In this document: one piece after another, positions 19,353 through 30,615 of the stretch
How positions within the stretch are numbered: position 1 is the first letter of the stretch
Layout of the letters: each line of letters begins with the position of its first letter
NCBI GenBank assembly: GCA_032718475.1
Contig: JAUCBJ010001316.1
Span: 1 to 41,776, forward strand
Source of the DNA: Nemertoderma westbladi
Taxonomy: Eukaryota; Animalia; Xenacoelomorpha
DNA length: 41,776 nt
Direction of reading: 5' to 3'
Notes under the pieces: model-generated
Seen by the model: only the letters and a program-made list of their open reading frames with translations
Databases searched by the model: none
What the model was told of the DNA's origin: nothing
Made by a program: the position numbers and the translations under genes

Positions 19353-20019
19353 GAGACTAACCAATTCGCGCGGGAAGGTTTTAAACTTTACATGCATTTA
19401 ACTCAGAATATTATTTCTCATTTTTTCCTTCACTCAAAACCTATCTACACCGTCTTTTTTTAATGAATTGGTTTGAAATTTTCAGTGAATGGTCTCGACA
19501 TATTCACTCACATATTGGCCGTTAATCAGAAGACTAATGTTAAGGGCACGTGTTTGTCCGTACATTTGACTATTAAGCTTATGTACCACTTCTGAGGAAT
19601 TGGTTCAACAGAATGACTTGAAATTTGGAGGGGAATTAATTTTGCATGTATCTCAGACGTGGTAGCAGAATAAATAAAAAAAATTGTTGTGATCACCAGA
19701 AATTTTCAAAGTGAAAAATGTTATTTGCAAAAAGTGAAAAAAAAACACGTATTTTGGCCGTTTTTTGTTATGTAACTTTTTAAATTTCCAACCCATATGT
19801 CTAAATGTGCTACCACCTATAAAGGATTAGTATAAGAACATATACTAAAAATTTCATGCAATTTGGTCCAGTAGTTCCAGAGAAACAGGTACATGAGTGA
19901 AAAATAAAATTCTGAGATAAAGCCATTAAAGTTTTCAAACCTTCCCGCCATTTTATGTTAAATGGAGGGATAATTCAAATTGTATTGAAAAAACAAGGAA
20001 GAATCCTTCCAAACTAAAA

Positions 20020-20445
20020 TTTTCGATATGGGGGTTTTCTGGGGTGGTGATTGCATTTCCGATGTCAGTTTTGACGTTTGATGAATTCCAGTCTGTCTGT
20101 TTGTCGGACAATCTGTCTGTCTGTCAGTCAATAATTAAGGAAACACACTACCGAACTGAAATTTAGGTTATGGGGGTTTTCCAGGTCGGTGATTTCAGCA
20201 CCGAAATTAGTTTGGACGTTTGAAGAATTCAAGGCTGTCTAACTGTCAGTCTGTCTGTTTATCAGACAATCTGTCCGTCTGTCAGTCGAAATTTAGGAAA
20301 GGACACGACATCGCTAAAAATTGATTTAAAGGGGTTTTCCTGGTCGGTGATTCCATTTCTGATGTCAATATTTAAATATAATGGCTTTGTGTTGGGTCTG
20401 TATTCATGTCGGTCTGTCCGTCAAAATATAACAGACAGACAGATT
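20020..20445. repeat. Three degenerate ~140-150-bp tandem units with CTGT microsatellites; probably part of a non-autonomous transposon
   Basis: GGGGTTTT(C)...GGTGAT...TCTGTCTGT units near 20030, 20172 and 20331. Confidence 0.55.
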
Positions 20446-20605
20446 CAGATTTCAGATTATAGGGCTCAAAACATAACTTACGCTCGAAATTTCAAAATTC
20501 TGTCTACAAGTCGAGTTAATGTCAAGACCATTCACTAAAAATTTCAAACGAATTGATTAATAAATGACGGAGTAGATCGATTTTGAATGAAGGAAAAAAT
20601 GAGAA

Positions 20606-21344
20606 ATAATATCATCGCCCTGCTCTCTAATACGCTAACAGATGCACAGCTTCTACTAAATAAAGTGGAGTGGGCTGCTAAGGAGGTTGGATTGCATATA
20701 AATGCTAGCAAGACCGAATTTATGACCTTTAATGTTGATGGAAACTTGACAACCATTGATAATAATCAACTAAGGAACGTTGACGACTTCATGGATAGAG
20801 AGTAGCAAAAAGGACATATAAGCTAGGAAAGCAAAGGCTTGGGTAGCTCTATCAAAAATGAATACCATCTGGAAATCAGATCTCTCCAGGCACCTGAAGA
20901 CTAAGTTCTTTCGAGCCACAGTGGAAAGTGTATTTATTTTTATACGGGGGTAAGACCTGGACACTGGCGAAATCACTTGAACAACGAATTGATGGTTGCT
21001 ACACAAGACTACTAAGGGCAGCCTTAAACATCAGCTGGAGACAACACATGACAAACGCCGAGCTTTATGGTACAATACCACCTGTATCAACCACCCTCCG
21101 TGAATGCCGATTAAGATTCAGTGGGCACTGCTGGCGAAGTAAAGACGAGGTCATACCAGATCTACTTTTCTGGCAACCAACTCATGGACAGCGTAGTCGT
21201 GGGCGACCGGCCTTAACATATATAGATCAACTTGAAAGGGATACTGAACTTAGGAGAAACGAAATTGCGACAACTATGGAGAATCGGGAATCCTGGAAGG
21301 ATCTCATTTCCACTATCCGAGTTCGCTCGACCTAGTAGTAGTAA
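20606..21344 (+). pseudogene. 5'-truncated non-LTR retrotransposon (RTE/RTE-X-like LINE), 3' end of the RT ORF with frameshifts and a (TAG)n tail
   Basis: IALLS...AAKEVGLHINASKTEFM, then KAWVALSKMNTIWKS...FFRATVESV, FLYGGKTWTL, RLLRAALNISW, RLRFSGHCWRS, RSRGRPALTYIDQL, ENRESWK; stop at 21333-21335 runs into TAGTAGTAGTAA. Confidence 0.88.
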
Positions 21345-22340
21345 CATTCATTGCAACTATACGTAGGGTTTATTGTAATACTCCCAGCACTACAAAAACT
21401 AATGTCCCCAGATGTGCGCAAGGGACAGTATTTAGAATGGTGTGTTTTCGTCAATATATAAAAACATTTCTTAATGTCCATTGCAACTACATACCGTATG
21501 GTCTGCAGAAAAACAATACAAAAACTAATGTCCCCAGATGTGCGCAAGGGGCAGTATTTAGAATGGTGTGTTTTCGTCAATATATAAAAACATTTCTTAA
21601 TGTCCATTGCAACTACATACCGTATGGTCTGCAGAAAAACAATACAAAAACTAATGTCCCCAGATGTGCGCAAGGGACAGTATTTGGAACGGTGTGTTCT
21701 TGTTAATTTATTATATATTCTTAACGTCCATTGCAACTAACTACCTACATAAATAGAACGTAGAGCCTAATATAATACTCTCTGCACTACAAAACCAATG
21801 CCCCCAGATGTGCGCAAGGGACAGTACACTATTTAGAATGGGTGTGTTTTCGTTAATTTATTATAATGTCTATTTCCACTACAGTACGTAGAAGGGTCTA
21901 AAAAATTAAAGGTATAAAATTAATGATATACTGTAATTAATATAATAGAATGATGTGAATGTAATTTGAATGATAAGAGTTATATCATATATCGTTGTGC
22001 TCCACTTTGTTTGTTTAAACATGAATTTAATTAGTGCCCCCGCAGAAAAAAAGTAGCAGTGGCCGTATTACGATATTTGTGCATATATTTTTTAAAAAAT
22101 TTCTACATGCTTGTATGCATAGTGCATGCGGGATTGTTTAGCACTATCGACTAAGTGAAAATCCATTGTTATAGTAACTGAGGAAAGTTGCACCACAAGG
22201 GGTGCTTAGGTAACTCATAAGGAAATATTAACTTTTACAATTATTCACGAGTGTATAAAAACAATAAAAAAACGTTATCTAGGGATTGCCTGAGCTGCAT
22301 TGTCTCAACGACAGACCTGACTAACTAATCCATAAATAAT
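21345..22340 (-). repeat. Right arm of the long inverted repeat, with ~121-bp tandem subunits (4 cores)
   Basis: TACAAAAACTAATGTCCCCAGATGTGCGCAAGGG-type cores near 21391, 21517, 21643, 21788; outer part is the reverse complement of 14215-14700. Confidence 0.85.
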
Positions 22341-22870
22341 TGAACATAACACATAACATACTTAATTTCAACCACAAACCGGGGTCGTTAAAAATTAAGC
22401 TCACTGGGGACATTGTGACGTCACAAAATGACGTCGATAATGTGTGTATACTTATCACTGTTATAGTGGGGACATCCATATTTACACCCCATACACACCG
22501 AACACATACGAGTGCGGCTTAACACAAACAAAGTGGGGACTGAGCCTAAATACGGTGAAATTTCATATTTAGACTAATTTGGCAATGAAGATTTCGAATT
22601 TCCAGTCAGAACGTTCTGGGGACGTCCCCAGTTCGCGAAAGGTCCCCAGAACGTGGGTATTGTATGGCACTTACGTCCACAGTATGTAGCGTTAACCAGT
22701 GCACACACATTACGGTAATAATGGTCACTTATGTCAAAGACCGTGAACCAATAAAGAAGAAACACCAAAAAGCAAAAAAAAAATAACAAAAGAAAATCTC
22801 TTGCGCAGAGCGAAGAGATAGTTTTAATTAATTAATAAATTAATTATTATTCATTAATTTGATTAGCACT

Positions 22871-23970
22871 ACAATAACGGCGGCGACAATAACGGCGGCG
22901 ACAATAACGGTGGCGACTATAACGGTGGCGACAATAACGGCGGCGACAATAACGGTGGCGACAATAACGGCGGCGACAATAACGGTGGCGACAATAACGG
23001 TGGTGACAATAACGGTGGCGACAATAACGGTGGTGACAATAACGGCGGTGACAATAACGGTGGCGACAATAACGGCGGCGACAATAACGGTGGCGACAAT
23101 AACAGTGGCGACAATAACGGCGGTGACAATAACGGTGGTGACAATAACGGCGGCGACATTAACGGCGGCGACAATAACGGCGGCGACAATAACGGTGGCG
23201 ACAATAACGGTGGCGACAATAACGGCGGCGACAATAACGGCGGCGACAATAACGGTGGCGACAATAACGGCGGCGACAATAACGGCGGCGACAATAACGG
23301 TGGCGACAATAAAGGCGGCGACAATAACGGCGGCGACAATAACGCTGGCGACAATAACGGTGGCGACAATAACGGCGGCGACAATAACGGCGGTGACAAT
23401 AACAGCCGCGACAATAACAGTGGCGACAATAACGGCGGCGACAATAACGGTGGCGACAATAAAGGTGGTGACAATAAAGGCGGCGACAATAACGGTGGCG
23501 ACAATAACGGCGGCGACAATAACGGTGGCGACAATAACGGTGCGACAATAACGGTGGCGACAATAACGGCGGCGACAATAACGGTGGCGACAATAAAGGC
23601 GGCGACAATAACGGTGGCGACAATAACGGCGGCGACAATAACGGTGGCGACAATAAAGGCGGCGACAATAACGGTGGCGACAATAACGGCGGCGACAATA
23701 ACGGTGGCGACAATAACGGCGGCGACAATAACGGTGGCGACAATAACGGTGGCGACAATAACGGCGGCGACAATAACGGTGGCGACAATAACAGTGGCGA
23801 CAATAACGGCGGCGACATTAACGGCGGCGACAATAACGGCGGCGACAATAACGGCGGCGACAATAACGGTGGCGACAATAAAGGTGGTGACAATAACGGC
23901 GGCGACAATAACGGTGGCGACAATAACGGCGGTGACAATAACGGCGGTGACAATAACGGTGGCGACAATA
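22871..23970. repeat. 15-bp minisatellite (ACAATAACGGYGGCG)n, ~73 copies
   Basis: Seen directly; explains the TITAA/SPPLL/RRYC ORFs. Confidence 0.97.
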
Positions 23971-25164
23971 GTTCATTAGTTCATCCCGGATAATTAATAT
24001 ATTTGTTTCTCCTTTTTAACTCCTTTTTATTATTTATTTTTATATTGTAATATTAGAAAGTGTCAATAAATTGATTAAATTAGGTGTGCAAGTCACCAAT
24101 ATATTCTTCGAATTCATAATACAATTTCGTTAGTTTGTTTAGCTTGTGTCTGTTTATTTCATTTCCAATAAGACAGGCTCTATTTAATATCTGTGATGGT
24201 TCATTTTGAAAATCCAATAAAAATTAAGAAGTTATTTAGCAACATAAATAATTCGGCATATATCAAAAGAAACATATATATTACAAAAACATAATATCTG
24301 CTAAATAATTGGACTATCTATAGGAAAACATTGATGTAACTGACAAACTACTAAGAACTATAATTGCAATTATAATATGTTTTATGTTACTCCCAGCGGG
24401 ACCTATATTTTCGTTATGTGCTGAATATATTAGATTCGATTACCTTTAGAGGTCTTAGCCCTAGACAATGTATTTATTACCTTTCCTATTATATATCACA
24501 GTAGAGCCAGCTTTCTGGCTTGTCTGCGGTATGTAACGTTTTTTTTTCAATGAAGAGGTTTTAATTGTTGCTGCATAGAGCCACCCCCACACTGTAAATA
24601 TAGGGTTATTGCTTATATATTATATTTAGTTGCGGATAAATGTTTTTTGTGCACGCGGGGAAATTATACCCAACTATGGTGGCCCACGTTTTTGACGGAA
24701 ATATGTGCCGTGAACTTCTGCCGTAAAAATTGACAGCAAATTCAATATGCCGTGAACTTCTGCTCAAATTACAATGAGTTCTCAAATTCTCACGTCGTAG
24801 CTCGTAGGCCTGTTATTGTTGGTCTAAATGCACGACGCTGTTGTTACCGTTATATTCTATTGTAGATATAGTTAATAGAAGTATGATAACCATATTTTAA
24901 CATTTGGGTTGCTGGCTACAGTTTCAAACTTTGTATAGTTTTAAGTTTAACCTACCAAAAATGACCGTGCTTTTATAGACTGTACAGGACAAACATTACT
25001 TTTGTTCTTATTTAACTCGCTTGTAATTATATCGTTTTTCGTATACGTATATTACTTGTGTGTATAAAAATATTGGATAAATATATTATAATAGGCCCAT
25101 GTGAAGTATACCAGACTTTCTGCTGTTACAGAAAAGTTAAATATTATAACAGTGGAGATTCTGG

Positions 25165-25223
25165 TAAACTTTACATGGTCCAAGTGGGGGATATAAGTGT
25201 AAAAAGAAATGTCAACCAAATAG
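25165..25223 (+). pseudogene. Tiny relic of a related Gypsy integrase C-terminus
   Basis: Translates LYMVQVGDISVKRNVNQI, versus VYMVKVGDILVKRNVNQI in the 1220-aa polyprotein. Confidence 0.65.
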
Positions 25224-25339
25224 GGTTTGTGCGCGAAAAAATTGTTGGGCTAGAAACAATTGAATAAGGGGTAAGAAGGTGCCCTGAATCGAGTGGCGGG
25301 GTGTGTTTTTTTTGTAAAAACACGAGGAAACGGTCGAAA

Positions 25340-25480
25340 TGGCGTGATTAAGTAAGCGTGGGAAACCAATTTGAAATTCGGCTGTGATTGGCTGTTACAT
25401 ATTTGACGTCACTACGTAGTGCTATGATAATTTTTTATCTTTCTTTCTAGGGAGAGAGATTTTCGATCGATTCAAATACA
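25340..25480. promoter_or_regulatory. Promoter-like motif cluster ~2.5 kb upstream of the cyclin D start codon
   Basis: CCAAT (~25366), TTTGAA (CHR-like), reverse CCAAT TGATTGGCTG (~25386) and CRE palindrome TGACGTCA (~25404) within 50 bp; link to cyclin D unproven. Confidence 0.3.
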
Positions 25481-25887
25481 CATTAAATCTCAATCATTTC
25501 AAACGTGGATTTTATCAATTGAAAGCGGAGAGTCTTTGCGCGTCTTTTCACACTACCAATAAAATAATTAATACTAACTACTGTAATTTTGAACACAACT
25601 AGAATGGTAGCTTACCAAACTTTACAGAACATTAAAGTTATACAATTCCATAGGACTCCGATAGAGTCGCTAAATGTCTGATACTCATTTTCCGGTGTTA
25701 AAAAATACGATGAAAAAAATTATTCACTGGCCCATTAGTATCAGTCGTGATATCTAACATTACTCAGCCTGATGACATCGGTGGAGGCTGAAATTTTCAC
25801 ATGCATTTATGGTGGCAGAATACAAAAGTTCGCAGACCAAACACATTTTAAAATATACTATTATTATATTTACATTCAAATTTTTCC

Positions 25888-26505
25888 TTTTCGTAGTGTT
25901 GACATGGTCTTTCGAAGTGTTGACATTGTTTTTCGAAGAGTTGACATAGTTTTTCCGAGTGTTGACATGGCCTTCCGAAGTGTTGACATGGTTTTTCCTT
26001 TTCGATGTGTTGACATGGTCTTTCGAAGTGTTTACATGGCCTTTCGATGTGTTTACATGGCCTTCCGAAGTGTTTACATGGCCTTTCGATGTGTTGACAT
26101 GGTTTTTCGAAGTGTAGAGAAGACATGGCTTTTCGAAGTGTTGACATGGTTTTTCGATGTGATGACATTGTCTTTCGCAGTGTTGACATGGCCTTTCGAA
26201 GTGTTGACGTGGTTTTTCGATGTGTTTATAAGGTTTTTCGATGTGTTGATATGGTCTTTCGAAGTGTTGGCATGGCCTTTCGAAGTGTTGACGTGGTTTT
26301 TAGATGTGTTTATAAGGTTTTTTTATGTGTTGACATGGCCTTTCGAAGTGTTGACGTGGTTTTTCGATGTGTTTATAAGGTTTTTCGATGTGTTGAAATG
26401 GTCTTTCGAAGTGTTGGCATGGCCTTTCGAAGTGTTGACGTGGTTTTTAGATGTGTTTATAAGGTTTTTTTTATGTGTTGACATGGCCTTTCGAAGTGTT
26501 GACGT
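25888..26505. repeat. 21-bp minisatellite (TTTCGAAGTGTTGACATGGYY)n, ~29 copies, with higher-order structure in the 3' half
   Basis: Seen directly; explains the FRSVDMA/FEVLTW ORFs. Confidence 0.95.
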
Positions 26506-27899
26506 ATACCTAAAAACTACTTATATTCAATTAGTATTGAATTACCGGTTGGATTAATTAATATATAAAATATATGGAAGATTCCGGAAACATTTTTTGT
26601 AATATAATAGGCCTAAATAAATAGTAACAGAATATATAAACTGAATTTTTGTATTGTGTGGTAGGGTGGCGGACGACATACCCGCCTATTTAAAAAGTAC
26701 AGCCGCTTCATAGATGATTACTGTCAATGGGGGAGGGGGGGGGGGGGGGGGGACGTCAAAACTAATACAGAAAATATAAAAGAGAATAGCAAGTACCTAA
26801 CAAATTACGGAAAATATACATTGCCTAATGCCTATGTCGTTCTAAAGACGGCAATGCCGTTGCCTAATAATACTTCTTGGGGATTCCCTACAAATCAGCT
26901 GATCTCCGGTTCATTCAATAGATAAATGTCAGCACTCCACCTCTCCTATTGGCTAAAATTATCGGCAGGCTGAACTAGTAAGAAAGAGCTGTATATAAGT
27001 GTAGTAACATCAGCTGATAATATAACTTGGTTATAAGTTACTATGTTAGTTGCTTCCTAGTTTAGTTTCTTAAAAAATATACTATGTAACTTTACAACAT
27101 ACAAGGGATGTGTTTTGGGCTGGTCGAAATCCCACACCTCTGCACTTTTATGTAGTTTTAGTATAAGATGAATCATAAATGATAATTATTGTATAACATG
27201 ATAAAATTAACCTGTCCGAAATTATTATTCCTCTGTTTATTCGGTTTCGACGGCTGCAATTAATTTGTTTTTTTTTATTTTCCACAAAATGCATAATGTC
27301 ATGCAACACATTATGTTATTCTAATCACAAGAATAGACGACTACCGGTAAATGTTACCGGTATATTCTCGCATTCAAACAGTCAAACACAGAGAGTTTAT
27401 TCAATTTTTGCAACTTTTTTCCAATTGTTTAATCTGTCTTGGATATTAGTACCGTATGACCGTTAACGGTCCGGTACTACTGTTTTAGTATTCCAGAACT
27501 ATGCATCAGTATTGCAGGCAGATTCTAGGCTTATTAACCCGGACCCTCTGCACTATGGCCCTTTTCGTTTTAGACAAAAGTGTAATGTGACTTAATGATT
27601 AACAATTTTAATATTATAAACTGTAAAATGCAGTAAACTTGTTTTTACTTATTCTGTATGCTTCATTTGGTTGTTTGTGCTTTTCAGCATTCTGGCATTA
27701 CTGCATTAGCCTTATATGTTCAAATTGTAATGTATAATAATTGTTTAACAACCTACAAATTATTTTCCTTTAAGGTATATTCTATTTTAAATAAATAATG
27801 TATTTTATTTAAGTCGCACTTAGTTATTAGTTATTTAGTTAGCTTTATATTACCTGTTAGCTGCTTTTCTAACCCTAACCTGCTAAGCACCCATCAGCT

Positions 27900-28097
27900 A
27901 TGGATCTGTTCTGCTGCGAGACGGATGTCGGATCCCCAGTTCGATCCATCGAGGACCCTGTGCTTCTCCGAGACTATGTCCTCAACAACATGTTGAAACA
28001 AGAAGAAGATTTCCAACCTTCCTGCAACTACTTCACTCACATACAAACAGACATACAACCCTATATGCGTTACGAAGTTGCACACTGGATGTTGGAG
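27900..28097 (+). CDS. CycD: G1/S-specific cyclin D, coding exon 1
   Basis: MDLFCCE (LxCxE Rb-binding motif), DPVLL..VLNNML..E, YF..IQTDIQPYMR..VAHWMLE; phase-0 donor GAG|GTAGGT at 28097/28098. Confidence 0.93.
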
Positions 28098-29077
28098 GTA
28101 GGTTTACAGGCCTATACCTGTATAAGGGCTGTATACATTATCTACCCCTGATTTTGCAGATTGGTGGTGGACTTATTCCATCTTATTATTTAGTTTATGG
28201 ATTGTTCTGTAGCTTTTGTTGTATAGTTGCGTTATTTACATTGCCCGCCGCCATAGGTAATTTATTCTTCTATATAGTTGTTACTTTATTTACCTCGCGA
28301 CTTTGCATGCAGTATACGGTAAATGGTACTTATTGCTGTATTTTGTTCCAAATTTATTGTTCATTTATGTATTTAGCGATTACGCAGTTGTTTACTCTCT
28401 GTATTATTATCTTAGTTAATAACGGTACCGGTAGTTCTTATACATTTTATAATAATAATTATATTTAATTAGATATGGTTAACTTAATTTAGTGATTATT
28501 TACAATTACTGCTCCTTAGGTCTGTCTACCTTTACTTACAGTTGCTACAAAATATGGGTATAATTTCCAATTAAAGCAGTTAACAGAACGCGTTGAATTT
28601 CCTTCTCTTTCAATTAATTTAGGTTAAAAATTATTTTAAAATTAAGGAATTAAAATTCCCTAATTTGTTTAATTTTTCGGTTCACATGTTAAATTTTTGC
28701 ACTATTTTTCAACCCGCATTTATGTTTAACTTTCATTAGCTTTTCCTTATTAACTTGTAAATATAGGGTTTCCGTTATACTATACGATTTTGCAAATAAG
28801 CGTTTTCCATAAACGTTATTTGCGTTATTAACGTTATTTCTTTAGGTAAACTGTATTTAGTATAGATAGACCTTCTAGTTTGGATTGGTCAAAGTTTTCC
28901 TTGCGGTAAAAGCAAAAAGAAATGGGTTATGTACTTATGTTGTTTGTTCTGCCAGGTCACTATCTGAAAAGACCCCATTATGTCCGATTTCATTGTTTAC
29001 AGATATATAAACGTTTTTGTACACTATGAATTATAATTCGTTCCTGGATAAAAACTGAATCCTTCCTTCGTCTTCGT

Positions 29078-29418
29078 CTACACTAGCTCGCGCTATTAAT
29101 CCTTTAGATTTGCTACACTAGCTACGCTATTAATCCTTTAGGTTTGTTGCACTAGCTGCGCTATTAACCCTTTAGGTTTGCTACACTAGCTACGCTAATA
29201 TTCCTTTAGGCTTGTTACACTAGATTCGCTATTAATCCTTTAGGTTTGCTACACTAGCTTCGCTATTAACCCTTTAGGTTTGTTTCACTAGATTCGCTAT
29301 TAATCCTTTAGGTTTGCTACACTAGCTACGCTATTATTCCTTTAGGCTTGTTACACTAGCTTCGCTATTAATCCTTTAGGTTTTCTACACTAGCTTCGCT
29401 ATTAATCCCTTAGGTTTG
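29078..29418 (+). repeat. 34-bp tandem repeat x10 overlapping the exon 2 splice acceptor
   Basis: Unit CTACACTAGCTTCGCTATTAATCCTTTAGGTTTG; the TAG ends at 29107, 29141 ... 29379, 29413; the last is the in-frame acceptor. Confidence 0.95.
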
Positions 29419-29629
29419 CCTGGAACATCATTGCGAATCCGATGTGTTCCCCGTATCGGTAAACTTTATGGATCGTTTCCTATCGCTCGTTAACGTACCT
29501 CGTCAGAGACTCCAGTTGCTCGGCTCCACCTGTCTGTTCGTCGCCTCCAAACTCAAGGAATGCAGTCCGCTGTCCGCGGTCAGCCTCTGCTTCTATACCG
29601 ACAACAGCATAACGGTGAAAGAATTACTG
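29414..29629 (+). CDS. CycD: Cyclin D, coding exon 2 (cyclin box)
   Basis: TAG|VCLEHHCESDVFPVSVNFMDRFLS...LQLLGSTCLFVASKLKE..PL....LCFYTDNSITVKELL|GTGAGT; 216 nt, phase 0/0. Confidence 0.95.
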
Positions 29630-30109
29630 GTGAGTTACGTGGGTTACTATTAATTTGTAGTTGCTAGGCCTATTTGAGTTAGAAGTAGCTGAAAGTGGTC
29701 ATACAACACAAACTAATATTATGTGAATTAAAACAATCGTGTTTTGATGAATTCTTTCACTTTTTCTATTATATGAGTAAAATTTACAGGGATACCCGTA
29801 TCGTCTCTAAATCACTATCTGTACACTTTCCCATTTTTTTCCATTACATGTACAACTTCCCCCTACCTTTCTTTGTTATTTGTAATAATTTGTTAAATAT
29901 AACTTCCCCACGAAATAATTAGAACTCAAATTTATCTTATATACATGAATTAGAAATTGTGTGGCTAAACCAGTAAACTGGTACGTTAAGACGATAACGG
30001 ATTCATTAATGTTTCTGCCTGGGTATTATTTACTTGACTAGCTAGTAGAATACCGTCTTCTCCACTCTCCAACCCAGACTGTCCAAAGTGAAATAAAGTT
30101 TTGTCTGCG

Positions 30110-30252
30110 TTCGACAGTTTTTTTGCAACGGACAAATCGACAGTTTTTTTTACAACGGACAACCCGACAGTTTTTTTTACAACGGACAACCCGACAGTTT
30201 TTTTGCAACGGACAACCCGACAGTTTTTTTGCAACGGACAACCCGACAGTTT
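30110..30252. repeat. ~25-27-bp tandem repeat (CAACGGACAACCCGACAGTTTTTTTG) x5 in intron 2
   Basis: Seen directly. Confidence 0.9.
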
Positions 30253-30452
30253 CCTGTAAGATTCGAGATGTATATTTAATTGAGAACCTCTTATGATATG
30301 AACGGTGAAATTTGACAAAGTAAAGTTATATTTAAATATCCCCGCCCCCCAAACTTAATTGGAGCAACTCTACAGCTGTTATTATGTTTGTTTTTTAATA
30401 TATATATATTTCACTGGCACATCTGTAACCGAGCGCTCTTCGCATCTTACAG

Positions 30453-30615
30453 GACTGCGAGATAATGTTAGTTAGCCGACTCAAGTGGGACCTTTGTGCT
30501 CTCACACCGTACGAGTTTCTCGCTCACCTTCTCAAGAAAATCAACTCACTCAACCCCGATTGGTCGAAACGAGTTAAACTACAGACCCACGACTACATAT
30601 CTCTTTGTGCTATCG
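30453..30615 (+). CDS. CycD: Cyclin D, coding exon 3 (gene continues; later exons not found in the window)
   Basis: TTACAG|DCEIMLVSRLKWDLCALTPYEFLAHLL...KLQTHDYISLCAI-G|GTAAGT; 163 nt ending in phase 1; LKWDL..TP..F motif of D cyclins. Confidence 0.92.

Noticed and set aside
21332-21736. 134-aa and 89-aa repetitive ORFs
   Set aside because: Translations of the tandem subunits of the inverted-repeat arm.
22859-23979. Mucin/antifreeze-like (TITAA) or protamine-like (RRYC) proteins
   Set aside because: A 15-bp minisatellite open in several frames on both strands, with an internal frameshift and no gene context.
25772-26557. 261-aa repeat protein, or an upstream cyclin D exon after the acceptor-like TTTTCCTTTTCGTAG
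   Set aside because: 21-bp minisatellite with frame switches; no convincing donor or other support for an exon.
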